Origin: an uncultured Planctomycetia bacterium
GTDB lineage: Bacteria; Omnitrophota; Gorgyraeia; JABMRJ01; CAYVIU01
Direction: 5' to 3'
Length of the DNA stretch: 33,141 nt
Assembly: GCA_964451625.1 (NCBI GenBank)
Contig: CAYVIU010000003.1
Coordinates: forward strand, 1 to 33,141
The translations under genes and the position numbers were made by a program. Under the pieces are notes generated by a model, which saw only the letters and a program-made list of their open reading frames with translations, ran no database searches and was not told the origin of the DNA. This document shows, piece by piece, positions 17,314-26,095 of this stretch; positions within the stretch are counted from its first letter, which is position 1, and each line of letters begins with the position of its first letter.

Positions 17314-18465
17314 ATGAAAAAAATAACTCTTTTCCTCGTTATCATTCTTACAACATACATATTTACGTCGTTCACACCTTTATATGCCCAAGAAGACTTC
17401 ATATCCTCACAGGCCAGAGATATGTCAGATCGTGCCTATGAACCTGCAGTGATCGACCTTTTAGATGGGGCCAAAGAATCTATAGTCATCTCTATGTATG
17501 TTATAAGCTTACCGAATAAGAAAAATAATCCCATAGGACTTTTGCTTGAAGATCTGATAGAGGCGAGGGGTAGAGATGTTAGTGTTACCATATACTTGAA
17601 TACTCGTTTCAGAGATGTAGATAAGACAAAGATCAGGCTTATTGAAAATCCCGCATTAAAAAGATTAGAGGATGCCGGCTGCGTTGTCCACCTTATGCCG
17701 CCTAATCGTAGGCTTCATGATAAACTCGTAATTGTTGATAAGCGGTATGTTGTTGAAGGCAGTACAAACTGGACCGTTTCGGCTCTGAGAGATAATTTTG
17801 AATCCGCTACGCTTATAGATTCTCCGGAACTTGCTAAAACAAAACTCCTAAGACTCGAATTATTACCCGTATCCACCAAGCCGCAAAGGGAAGAACCCCG
17901 TGAGCCGTTATATACAGAAAATATAGCCGAAACTCTGAGTATTCCTAAGACCTTACTTCAAGACAAGAAATACTTTTCCTGGATGCTCACATATCAGGAT
18001 AGGCGCTCCATGGATCTTTATCTTCTGCTTTTGGCACATAGCCATGCTGTAAATAAAAAAGAGTTTTTTCTGAACCTGGAAGCCATGGGTATAAGTTTGG
18101 GTATGCCTGAGACGTGGACTGACACAGCTATAAGAAGACAGGTAATAAAGAGCCTGAAGATGCTGCAGTCTCAGTACAAGGTTATCAATGTTCGATTCTT
18201 CCATGGTAAAGACGCATGGGTAGAAATTTTAGATATTCCTGGGGATAGCTTTACAATATCATCCTCGCTTATTAAGGCAACCTCAAACAAGGAACTTACT
18301 ATGCGTTTGAAATTTCTGCTGATGATAAAGGCTTTCCTCGATGCAGAAGGGGAAGATATCGGTTCTGTATCTCTTAATAAGCTTGCCAAGCGCTTCCATA
18401 TTAACCGGAGAACAGTAAACAAGGCTTTCCGAGACCTTCGAAAATATGAGGCTAGCCTAGAGTAA
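17314..18465 (+). CDS. Signal-peptide PLD-superfamily (single HKD, Nuc-like) protein with C-terminal HTH-like region
   Basis: MKKITLFLVIILTTYIFTSFTPLYA signal-like N-terminus (start 17314 preferred over 17284). HDKLVIVD...GSTNWT...NFE matches HxKxxxxD-GSxN. C-terminal SLNKLAKRFHINRRTVNKAFRDL. Confidence 0.85.
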   Translation: MKKITLFLVIILTTYIFTSFTPLYAQEDFISSQARDMSDRAYEPAVIDLLDGAKESIVISMYVISLPNKKNNPIGLLLEDLIEARGRDVSVTIYLNTRFRDVDKTKIRLIENPALKRLEDAGCVVHLMPPNRRLHDKLVIVDKRYVVEGSTNWTVSALRDNFESATLIDSPELAKTKLLRLELLPVSTKPQREEPREPLYTENIAETLSIPKTLLQDKKYFSWMLTYQDRRSMDLYLLLLAHSHAVNKKEFFLNLEAMGISLGMPETWTDTAIRRQVIKSLKMLQSQYKVINVRFFHGKDAWVEILDIPGDSFTISSSLIKATSNKELTMRLKFLLMIKAFLDAEGEDIGSVSLNKLAKRFHINRRTVNKAFRDLRKYEASLE

Positions 18466-18675
18466 GGCTATGTTTATACCCAACCTATTATTCCGCAATA
18501 CGTTACACCTAAAATGTATTGAAGCTTCGTTTCGATACTAATTCTACCTCATTTCCTTATCACTCATAAAAACCTCCATCTTATACAACTATACCATAAA
18601 AACCCTATTACCAGTCACCTCCAAAGGTAAACAATGAAACGGCTGTTAGTTATAAAAAAGCTAGTTTTGTACCCC

Positions 18676-18703
18676 TTGTAAAGCACTATATATATGATAT
18701 ACT
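18676..18703 (+). promoter_or_regulatory. Putative promoter for the S8 protease gene
   Basis: TTGTAA (18676-18681), 16 nt spacer, TATACT (18698-18703) with extended TG. The -10 context is almost identical to the smpB promoter. Confidence 0.5.
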
Positions 18704-18707
18704 TATT

Positions 18708-18735
18708 ATAGGTATAGCGATATACCTGTTTTTTT
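18708..18735 (+). terminator. Hairpin plus T-tract (intrinsic terminator-like) or palindromic operator
   Basis: AGGTATA-GCGA-TATACCT (18710-18727, GNRA loop) followed by GTTTTTTT. Confidence 0.5.
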
Positions 18736-18771
18736 GTTTCTATACCATAAAAATGTTTAGTAAGTATAACG

Positions 18772-21700
18772 GTGAGGGGGAAGATTACGGTGAGGCGTAT
18801 AAACGGGGCTTATGTAAGAGGAGTAAGGGTTCTATATAGAGTGCAGGCTATTAGGCTGTGCACTTTTTTTATTATAATATGCTTTCTCCTGGGTGTTACA
18901 AGCGCCAGTGGCATGATATTAGAGGAAGAGAGCAAAAGAGACGCTATTGCCGAGACACCAAAAAATATGGCCTCTATTCTGAGGCAGCGTACAGCAGGGC
19001 GAGAGAAAGGTGTACCCCAGGCCGCCCAATATGTGCAGGGAGAAGTTATTGTTAAATTCAAAGAAGGCGCAGCCCCCCAATCGGTATTGCAGGAAGTCAA
19101 TCTTGAGGCCGGCACAACCGAGAGGATTCACTCCATAAAACCTGCCCTGGATAAATTCAAAAAAGACTGCACATTGGAAAAAGACTCTGAGGGCTGGTAT
19201 TGGTTTAAGGGCAAGAATTACAAAGAAGTTGAAGGGATACCCGATGAAGAAATTTTTCAAGAAGCCTATGTCCGGATGACCCCTGAAGAAAGATCCCTTT
19301 ACAGGAGCTACAAAACAACCCTTCCAGAAGAGATAAGCGTAGAAGAGGCTGTGCTAAGATTGGAGGAACACCCTGCCGTAGAATACGCAGAGCCGAATTA
19401 TATTATGGAGATTCTGGCATTTCCCGAAACCTTGCCTAATGATACTTACGTAGATCCGGATCAGGATGGCACATGGTCAACGTACGCCTGGGGACAGCCC
19501 TATGAAGATATGTGGGGGCTAGAAAAAATAGAGGCCGATAAAGCATGGCCATTGTCTCAAGGCGAAGGCGTTGTTGTAGCGGTAATAGATAGCGGGGTGG
19601 ATTATACCCACCCTGATTTAAGCGCAAATATGTGGCATGACGAATCCGGAAATTATGGATATGATTTTTCCAACGATGATAATGACCCCATGGACGATGC
19701 TGGGCACGGAACCCACTGCGCCGGTACAATCGCTGCCGTTGGAAATAACTTTGAAGGAATAATAGGGGTAGCACCTGAAGCCAGGATTATGGCTGTAAAA
19801 GGGTTAAATGCTCAGGGTGCTGGGTATGATTCCGGATTAGCCAAAGGAATAAAATATGCAGCCGATAATGGTGCAGACGTACTAAGTAATTCCTGGGGAG
19901 GCGTAGGATACAGCAAGCTTTTAGAAGACGCCTTTAAATATGCCCGCAGCAAGGGGTGTGTCTCTATAGCTGCGGCCGGAAACGATAACACTGATGCAGA
20001 AAATTTTATGCCCGCCAACATTGAAACAGTAATAGCTGTAGCAGCGACTACGCACAATGATGAAAAATGTTCTTTTTCTAATTATGGATTAACAATAGAC
20101 GTCGCTGCTCCCGGAGGCGGCTATACAGATGAGCTTGGAGGCGGCTGGTATGATATATACAATATCCTTTCAACTAAGCCCGATGACCTCATAACGCCAA
20201 TTCGGAGGGTTTCTTATGGGTATAGCCGTCTTGCAGGGACTTCCATGGCCTGTCCGCATGTAGCAGGGGTGGCAGCGGTTATAAAAGGCCTCTACCCCGA
20301 GGGTTCCCCCGAAATGATCCGCAGCCGTATACTGGCCGGAGCTGAAAACATAGATAATTCGAATCCTTCTTTTGCAGGCCTTCTGGGAACGGGGAGGATC
20401 AATGCCTACGATTCACTTACAGTTGAACCGAGAATAGTCCTTAAAATAGTGGACTTGGAAAGCGAAAATATATTTCCGGGAAAGAATGGCTCCCTGATTA
20501 TTCACATAAAAAGTTACTGGCAGGACGCATTGAATGTAACGGCCGCATTATCAACCGGCCACCCGCAGGTAACTATCCAAAATAGCAGCGTTGCATTCGG
20601 GGAGATACTATCGGGCGAGACAAAAGCAAATAGCGCTGATCCCTTTATCATATCTCTTGATCAAAATATTCCCTACGGCGAAATAATTAACTTTAACCTC
20701 GCGCTAACCGCTGAGGACGGATACCAGGAAGTATTTAATTTTACCCTATCGATAGCATTTTTCGAGAATGTGGGAAAGCAAACCAATCTTCCCCTAGAAG
20801 ATTTTAATCCAATCTCTATGGTTATGCGGGATTATAACAACGATGGTTATACGGATATATTTTTTATAGGATGGTCTGATGAAGATCTCTACAGAAACCA
20901 GCAGGACGGCACATTCCTTAATGTTACCAGCGAAACAGGGATAAATACCTCAGGCGTGGCCTTTACCTCAACCTTTATAGACATAGATAATGATGGAGAC
21001 CAGGATCTATTCATAGGCTCTAGCGCCCCTCAGTTATTTCTAAATAATGGAGATGAAACTTTTACAGATATAACCAACGCAAGCAACATAAGCGATATAG
21101 GAGATGTTGTCCAAATCATGACATCTTTTGATTATAACAATGATGGATTTTTAGATATATTTGTTGGTGGTTCTTCCGCATTTTTGTTGGAAAATAACCA
21201 AGACAATAGTTTTATGGTATTGGCCGGTGAGGAGATAGGCTTATCAATACCATTTGATTTAGATTTATTCAGACAGGCAGCATCTTTTGACTACGACAAT
21301 GACGGCGATCAAGATCTATTAGTTTCATTTCCAGGGTTATACCGCAATAATAGCGACGGCACATTTACCGACATCACTATAGATACTCTTATTGATGCCC
21401 CGCAGCATGGATTTAATGGGGCCGCAGTGGGCGATTATAACAATGACGGACATATAGATATCTTCTTAACCGGAATGGCAGGTAGCGTCTTGTATATGAA
21501 TAATAATGGCGACGGCACTTTTACCGATGTAACAGAAGCGGCCGGGAATGTTGGCTTGGGTACAACAGGCGCGTGGTGTGGAACCGACTTTCTCGATTAC
21601 GATAATGATGGCGATCTGGATCTTCATATAACTGAAGCTTTCAATGGTCCGGGGAATGTATTATACAGAAATAACGGGGACGGCACATTTACCAATGTCA

Positions 21701-23472
21701 GAAATGTAGCCTTTCCACACGAAGTAAACCCTAGCTGGTCGGATGCATGTATGGGCGATTACAACAATGACGGTGCCATTGACATATATATGCCGTCATC
21801 TTCGTATAAGGGTGCAGGAGGTTTTTTAAAGAATTTTATCGGGACAAAGAGCAATTGGATTAAAATAAAACTGGAAGGCACAATAAGTAATAGAGATGCC
21901 TATGGCGCACGAGTGTATATAAAAACAGGGGAGCTTAGCCAGCTTCGCGAAATACACACCGGCGCAGTTGAAACACAGCCCATACATTTCGGATTGGACA
22001 ATGAAACCTTAATAGATGAGATAGAGGTATATTGGCCAAGCGGTATAATACAGAGACTGAATAATGTCAGCCCAAACCAGCTGGTAACTATAGTAGAACC
22101 AGAAACAAGCATACCATATATTAGCTCCATCAGTTCAAGCCTAACCTATGTTGGAGACCCCATTACTATTACCGGTGGAAATTTTGGAGAAGAGCAAGGT
22201 AGCGGCTTTGTTGAATTTCACAATGCTATTCAGGCAGAAATAACAAGCTGGTCTGATACAGAAATTATCTGTATGGTTCCTATGGGCGCGGCAAGCGGGA
22301 ATATTCATGTAATAACGAATGCAGGTAGAAGCAACGGGGTCTATTTTACCGTCTTATCAGTCCCTACTGCGCCATCTGGCATGGAAGCTATCTATGCCCC
22401 ATTAAGATATTGGGTTCCTGATATAAATCTTAGTTGGGACGATAACTCAGATAACGAACTTGGATTTCAAATAGAGCGAAGCCTAAGTCCTGATAGCGGG
22501 TTTACACAGATAGCTATAGTCAGCGGCAACATCACAACTTATACTGACAGCACCAATCTTCAGCTGGAAACAATATACTACTATAGAGTACGCGCATATA
22601 ACGACATGGGAGAGTCAGAATATTCAGATGTAGCGAGTTCCACCACCCTTACTTCTCCTCAGCCCCTGACAGCTGCATCTACAGCCTGGCCCGAAATACA
22701 TCTTGAATGGCAGGATAACTCAAGTAGTGAAGAAGGAGTCAAGGTTTATAGAGGAAATAATATTGGTGAAGACTGGATCGAAATCGCTGCGCTGGATGCG
22801 AATACCACAACTTATACCGATGCAGACCATGGTCTTACGCCGGATACAGACAGAGGGTGTACCTACAGAGTGCAAGTGTATAACCTCAAAGGAGATTCGA
22901 TTTATTCTAATAAAGTCGTTATCCGTCCTCCTCCTGCTGCGCCATCTGACCTGAAGACTGTTGCTATTTCAACAAATGAGATAACGCTTGACTGGCATGA
23001 TAATTCAGGCATTGAATCGGGATTTAAGATAGAAAGGAGCCTTGACGGTAATGAGTTTAGCCAGATAGATACGGTGGCTGCCAATGTTATAACCTATGCC
23101 GACCAGGGGCTTGCTCCTGATACAAGATACATTTATAGAGTCTGTGCCTATGATAATGTTAGATACTCAGGATATTCAAATATAGCAGAAACTACTACTT
23201 TGTCCCTGAATTATCCCCCAACAATGGTTGTTCTGAGGACATGGTTCAATACAAATTTTCTATGGCTGGGCAGTGACGAAGAAGATGGCCGCAATCTCAG
23301 ATATTCCTACAGAGTAGGCCAGAGTAATTGGAGCGATCCTACAACAGCAAGAGGAATAAAAATTTCTGAAGTTTCAGAAGGCCTTGAACCTGGAACCCAT
23401 ATTTTAGAGGTCAAGGCCATAGATAGCCAAGGTGCTGAATCTGATCCAAAGAGCTTAGAATTCACGATTTAA
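18772..23472 (+). CDS. Large secreted multidomain S8 (subtilisin-like) serine protease with FG-GAP/CRTAC1-like propeller, ASPIC/UnbV, IPT/TIG and 3 FN3 domains
   Basis: Catalytic motifs VAVIDSG, HGTHCAGTIAA, AAAGN and GTSMACPHVAG. Seven DxxNDGxxD repeats, SNRDAYGARV...HFGL...VYWPSG (ASPIC/UnbV), ITITGGNFG...SWSDTEI (IPT), three LxWxDNS...E.G..I/V.R FN3 modules. Start uncertain: GTG 18772, or GTG 18790 which has a GAGGGG SD. Confidence 0.92.
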   Translation: MRGKITVRRINGAYVRGVRVLYRVQAIRLCTFFIIICFLLGVTSASGMILEEESKRDAIAETPKNMASILRQRTAGREKGVPQAAQYVQGEVIVKFKEGAAPQSVLQEVNLEAGTTERIHSIKPALDKFKKDCTLEKDSEGWYWFKGKNYKEVEGIPDEEIFQEAYVRMTPEERSLYRSYKTTLPEEISVEEAVLRLEEHPAVEYAEPNYIMEILAFPETLPNDTYVDPDQDGTWSTYAWGQPYEDMWGLEKIEADKAWPLSQGEGVVVAVIDSGVDYTHPDLSANMWHDESGNYGYDFSNDDNDPMDDAGHGTHCAGTIAAVGNNFEGIIGVAPEARIMAVKGLNAQGAGYDSGLAKGIKYAADNGADVLSNSWGGVGYSKLLEDAFKYARSKGCVSIAAAGNDNTDAENFMPANIETVIAVAATTHNDEKCSFSNYGLTIDVAAPGGGYTDELGGGWYDIYNILSTKPDDLITPIRRVSYGYSRLAGTSMACPHVAGVAAVIKGLYPEGSPEMIRSRILAGAENIDNSNPSFAGLLGTGRINAYDSLTVEPRIVLKIVDLESENIFPGKNGSLIIHIKSYWQDALNVTAALSTGHPQVTIQNSSVAFGEILSGETKANSADPFIISLDQNIPYGEIINFNLALTAEDGYQEVFNFTLSIAFFENVGKQTNLPLEDFNPISMVMRDYNNDGYTDIFFIGWSDEDLYRNQQDGTFLNVTSETGINTSGVAFTSTFIDIDNDGDQDLFIGSSAPQLFLNNGDETFTDITNASNISDIGDVVQIMTSFDYNNDGFLDIFVGGSSAFLLENNQDNSFMVLAGEEIGLSIPFDLDLFRQAASFDYDNDGDQDLLVSFPGLYRNNSDGTFTDITIDTLIDAPQHGFNGAAVGDYNNDGHIDIFLTGMAGSVLYMNNNGDGTFTDVTEAAGNVGLGTTGAWCGTDFLDYDNDGDLDLHITEAFNGPGNVLYRNNGDGTFTNVRNVAFPHEVNPSWSDACMGDYNNDGAIDIYMPSSSYKGAGGFLKNFIGTKSNWIKIKLEGTISNRDAYGARVYIKTGELSQLREIHTGAVETQPIHFGLDNETLIDEIEVYWPSGIIQRLNNVSPNQLVTIVEPETSIPYISSISSSLTYVGDPITITGGNFGEEQGSGFVEFHNAIQAEITSWSDTEIICMVPMGAASGNIHVITNAGRSNGVYFTVLSVPTAPSGMEAIYAPLRYWVPDINLSWDDNSDNELGFQIERSLSPDSGFTQIAIVSGNITTYTDSTNLQLETIYYYRVRAYNDMGESEYSDVASSTTLTSPQPLTAASTAWPEIHLEWQDNSSSEEGVKVYRGNNIGEDWIEIAALDANTTTYTDADHGLTPDTDRGCTYRVQVYNLKGDSIYSNKVVIRPPPAAPSDLKTVAISTNEITLDWHDNSGIESGFKIERSLDGNEFSQIDTVAANVITYADQGLAPDTRYIYRVCAYDNVRYSGYSNIAETTTLSLNYPPTMVVLRTWFNTNFLWLGSDEEDGRNLRYSYRVGQSNWSDPTTARGIKISEVSEGLEPGTHILEVKAIDSQGAESDPKSLEFTI

Positions 23473-23786
23473 TCTAACATACCCCTTTCATAATTGGTTA
23501 ATTTCGTCTTATTACCCCACTCTGTTATAAAATAGTGAAAATATCCGGTTTATTAACATATGAAATGTCCGTTTTTAAATAAGAGGCTGGGTAAACTATC
23601 ATAGAGTAAGCAATGCCGCTTTGAAATTCTGCAACATCAACGAATACACAGAGCGGAGAATTAGGAAGTTCATAATAAGGTGTGGTAAGAAAACAGGCTA
23701 TGGCTATAAGACCATAAGCAAATACTATCTGTATAAACAACTCAGCTTATACAATGACTACCACACCAAATGGATGAAAGCATTGT

Positions 23787-23813
23787 AATGGTCGAAGCTT
23801 AGCTTCGACCATT
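23787..23813. terminator. Perfect 27-nt palindrome (possible terminator or operator)
   Basis: AATGGTCGAAGCT-T-AGCTTCGACCATT, 13-bp perfect arms. Confidence 0.5.
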
Positions 23814-23841
23814 TGACTTTCGGGGCAGAGTAGGGCATACT
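23813..23841 (+). promoter_or_regulatory. Putative sigma70 promoter of the amidase-murI-que operon
   Basis: TTGACT (23813-23818), 17 nt spacer, CATACT (23836-23841). AAGGA SD precedes ATG 23870. Confidence 0.5.
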
Positions 23842-23869
23842 ATATACGCAAATTAGTATATAAAGGATT

Positions 23870-24955
23870 ATGAAAAAGATCATTATAAGTATAATATTGG
23901 TGGCATTGTTCAGCGCTCCGGTATACGCGCAGACGTATAGCATCAATGGGTATACGTATGTGCCGTTGTGGAGCGTGTGCCGCGACAATGATATTGAGTT
24001 TCTGTGGGACTCGTTCGGAAGGGTCGCAACCCTGAAGAAGGATAACACCGAAGCGAAACTTCGGATTAACAGTGACAAGATCCTTGTCGGAGACCGCCTG
24101 AAAGACATTGGCCCGCCTGTTAAGTTCTACAAAGGAATGGTTGTAATTCCGAAATCATTCGGCCAAAGAGGAATACTCAAGATTTTCAAGTCGAAACCAA
24201 TCAAAATATCCAAAACCACAGCCAAAACCGCAACCTCATCCGCATCCAAATCCAAAAATAAAATCAAGACAATAGTGATTGACCCGGGCCACGGAGGCAA
24301 GGATCCGGGTGCGATCGGCAGATACGGCCTGAAGGAAAAGACCGTTGTGCTGGATATTGCCAAACGCCTCAGGCGCATTCTTTCGGCAAGAGGCATAAAA
24401 GTGATTATGACACGTTCAAGCGACAAGTTTATACCCTTATGGAAAAGGGCGGACATCGCCAACAGGAAGGATGCCGACTTTTTTATAAGTGTCCATGCCA
24501 ATGCCTTCAGAAAAAGATGGGTGAAGGGTTTCGAAGTATACCACCTCTCTGATGCAACTGACAGCATCAGCATGGCCATAGAGGCAGCCGAAAACAAAGT
24601 CATAAAATTCGAAGAAGACTCAATAAATCGTTACAGCCGCGATGTCGAAGCAATTGTACACGATTTAAAGCTTCACGAAGACAAGAAGGAATCCTATGAC
24701 CTTGCCAAATATATATGCAAATATGCAAAACGAAAGTGCTACATAAGGGATCGCGGGGTAAAAGGGGCAAAATTCCATGTACTTAAAAAAACGCAAATGC
24801 CGGCTGTGTTAGTCGAAGTTGGGTTTGTGTCAAATAGAGGCGAAGAAAAACTCCTCAAGACATCTAGGTACAGGGAAAAGGTAGCCAATGCGATTGCAGA
24901 CGGCGTCCTGGCGTACAAGAAAGAATATGAAAGGACCAATGGATTTGCGCAATAG
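23870..24955 (+). CDS. N-acetylmuramoyl-L-alanine amidase (Amidase_3, AmiA/C-like)
   Basis: Signal peptide, an N-terminal stalk-like domain, then IVIDPGHGGKDPGA, EK..VL, SVHANA, GFEVY and PAVLVEVGF zinc-amidase motifs. Confidence 0.93.
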   Translation: MKKIIISIILVALFSAPVYAQTYSINGYTYVPLWSVCRDNDIEFLWDSFGRVATLKKDNTEAKLRINSDKILVGDRLKDIGPPVKFYKGMVVIPKSFGQRGILKIFKSKPIKISKTTAKTATSSASKSKNKIKTIVIDPGHGGKDPGAIGRYGLKEKTVVLDIAKRLRRILSARGIKVIMTRSSDKFIPLWKRADIANRKDADFFISVHANAFRKRWVKGFEVYHLSDATDSISMAIEAAENKVIKFEEDSINRYSRDVEAIVHDLKLHEDKKESYDLAKYICKYAKRKCYIRDRGVKGAKFHVLKKTQMPAVLVEVGFVSNRGEEKLLKTSRYREKVANAIADGVLAYKKEYERTNGFAQ

Positions 24956-25736
24956 GCCTATAGGCATTTTTGATTCAGGTGTAGGCGGGCTCACAGTAGT
25001 AAAAGAAGTTGAAAGGCTTCTCCCGGGCGAATCAATCGTATATTTCGGAGACACGGCACGCGTTCCTTACGGGCCCAAGTCAAAATCCACCATTACAAGA
25101 TTCTCAATAGAAAATGTCAAATTCCTCCTGAAATTCAAGGTAAAACTCATAGTAGTGGCGTGCAACACCTCCTCAAGCCTTGCCCTAGCCACACTTAAGC
25201 GCAGGTTTAACCTGCCGATTATAGGCGTCATCAGCCCCGGGGCATCAAAGGCGGCCAGGATTTCTAAACACAAGAGAATAGGTGTTATAGGCACTAAGGC
25301 AACGGTCTCGAGCGGAGCCTATGAAACCCGTATAAAAGAAATCTTTCCGCAGTCAAGGGTATACAGTAAATCCTGTCCATTATTTGTGCCTCTGGCAGAA
25401 GAAGGCTGGCTTTCAAACAGCGTAACGCGCGCCATTGCCAGGAAATACCTCGGGATTTTTAAGGCCAGAAAAGTAGATACAATGATCTTAGGCTGCACAC
25501 ATTACCCCCTTTTAAAAAAGGTTATAAAGGAGACAGTGGGAAGAGGGGTTAATATAATAGATTCGGCAAGCGAGACAGCAAGAGAGGTCAAGAGGCTTTT
25601 AAATAAGAAAAATCTCTCATCGCTGAAAAAGAAAAGCTCGAATCGTAAGTACTTTGTAAGTGACGAACCGGGTAAATTCTCCAGGATCGGGCAGAGGTTT
25701 TTAGGGAAAAGAATAAAATCAGTCAAAAAGGTCTAG
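24939..25736 (+). CDS. murI: Glutamate racemase
   Basis: IGIFDSGVGGLTV, DTARVPYG, VACNTSS and LGCTHYP. Start placed at ATG 24939 after an AAGGA SD. Confidence 0.97.
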   Translation: MDLRNRPIGIFDSGVGGLTVVKEVERLLPGESIVYFGDTARVPYGPKSKSTITRFSIENVKFLLKFKVKLIVVACNTSSSLALATLKRRFNLPIIGVISPGASKAARISKHKRIGVIGTKATVSSGAYETRIKEIFPQSRVYSKSCPLFVPLAEEGWLSNSVTRAIARKYLGIFKARKVDTMILGCTHYPLLKKVIKETVGRGVNIIDSASETAREVKRLLNKKNLSSLKKKSSNRKYFVSDEPGKFSRIGQRFLGKRIKSVKKV

Positions 25737-25738
25737 AT

Positions 25739-26095
25739 ATGTACGAAGTAAAAGTAGAAAAGCATTTCAGCTCAGCACATAAACTGAGAGAATATAAAGG
25801 CCGGTGTGAGAACCTGCACGGCCACAACTGGAAAGTAGAAGTATCTGTAAAATCGAAGTCCTTAGATAAAATAGGCCTTGTTGTGGATTTCAGGGAGTTA
25901 AAGGAAAAACTCACAAAGGTTTTAAAGGCGCTGGACCACACGTACCTCAACGAACTCGATTACTTTAAAAAAATAAATCCCACATCAGAAAACATAGCAA
26001 AATACGTATTCGATTCTCTTAAAAGTCAAAACTTAACACCTTCAAAGGTCATAGTGTGGGAATCCGAGGGGTCCTCGGCAAGTTATTCTGAATGA
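25739..26095 (+). CDS. queD: 6-carboxy-5,6,7,8-tetrahydropterin synthase
   Basis: FSSAH, CENLHGHNW, LDHTYLNE, PTSENIA and VWES motifs. Confidence 0.95.
   Translation: MYEVKVEKHFSSAHKLREYKGRCENLHGHNWKVEVSVKSKSLDKIGLVVDFRELKEKLTKVLKALDHTYLNELDYFKKINPTSENIAKYVFDSLKSQNLTPSKVIVWESEGSSASYSE

Noticed and set aside
17205-17402. 65-aa - strand ORF, and a TTCGAACC sequence just after tmRNA as a possible recombinase C-terminal remnant
   Set aside because: The ORF is antisense to both tmRNA and the PLD gene with no recognisable motifs. The similarity is too short to support a remnant.
18543-18576. - strand GGAGGT SD followed by ATG (MSDKEMR*)
   Set aside because: Only 7 codons. It may be a relic gene start, but there is no supporting evidence.
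20760-21830. Nucleotide-level repeats such as gattataacaa(c/t)gatgg and gacggcacatt
   Set aside because: Fully explained by the FG-GAP protein repeats of the S8 protease gene.
23525-23740. 71-aa - strand ORF with hydrophobic N-terminus
   Set aside because: TTG start with no SD and no recognisable family. It could be a gene remnant but cannot be supported as a CDS.
23758-23768. Possible attR copy of the tmRNA 3' end (CTACCACACCA)
   Set aside because: Too short and degenerate relative to CCCACCTCCACCA to distinguish from chance.
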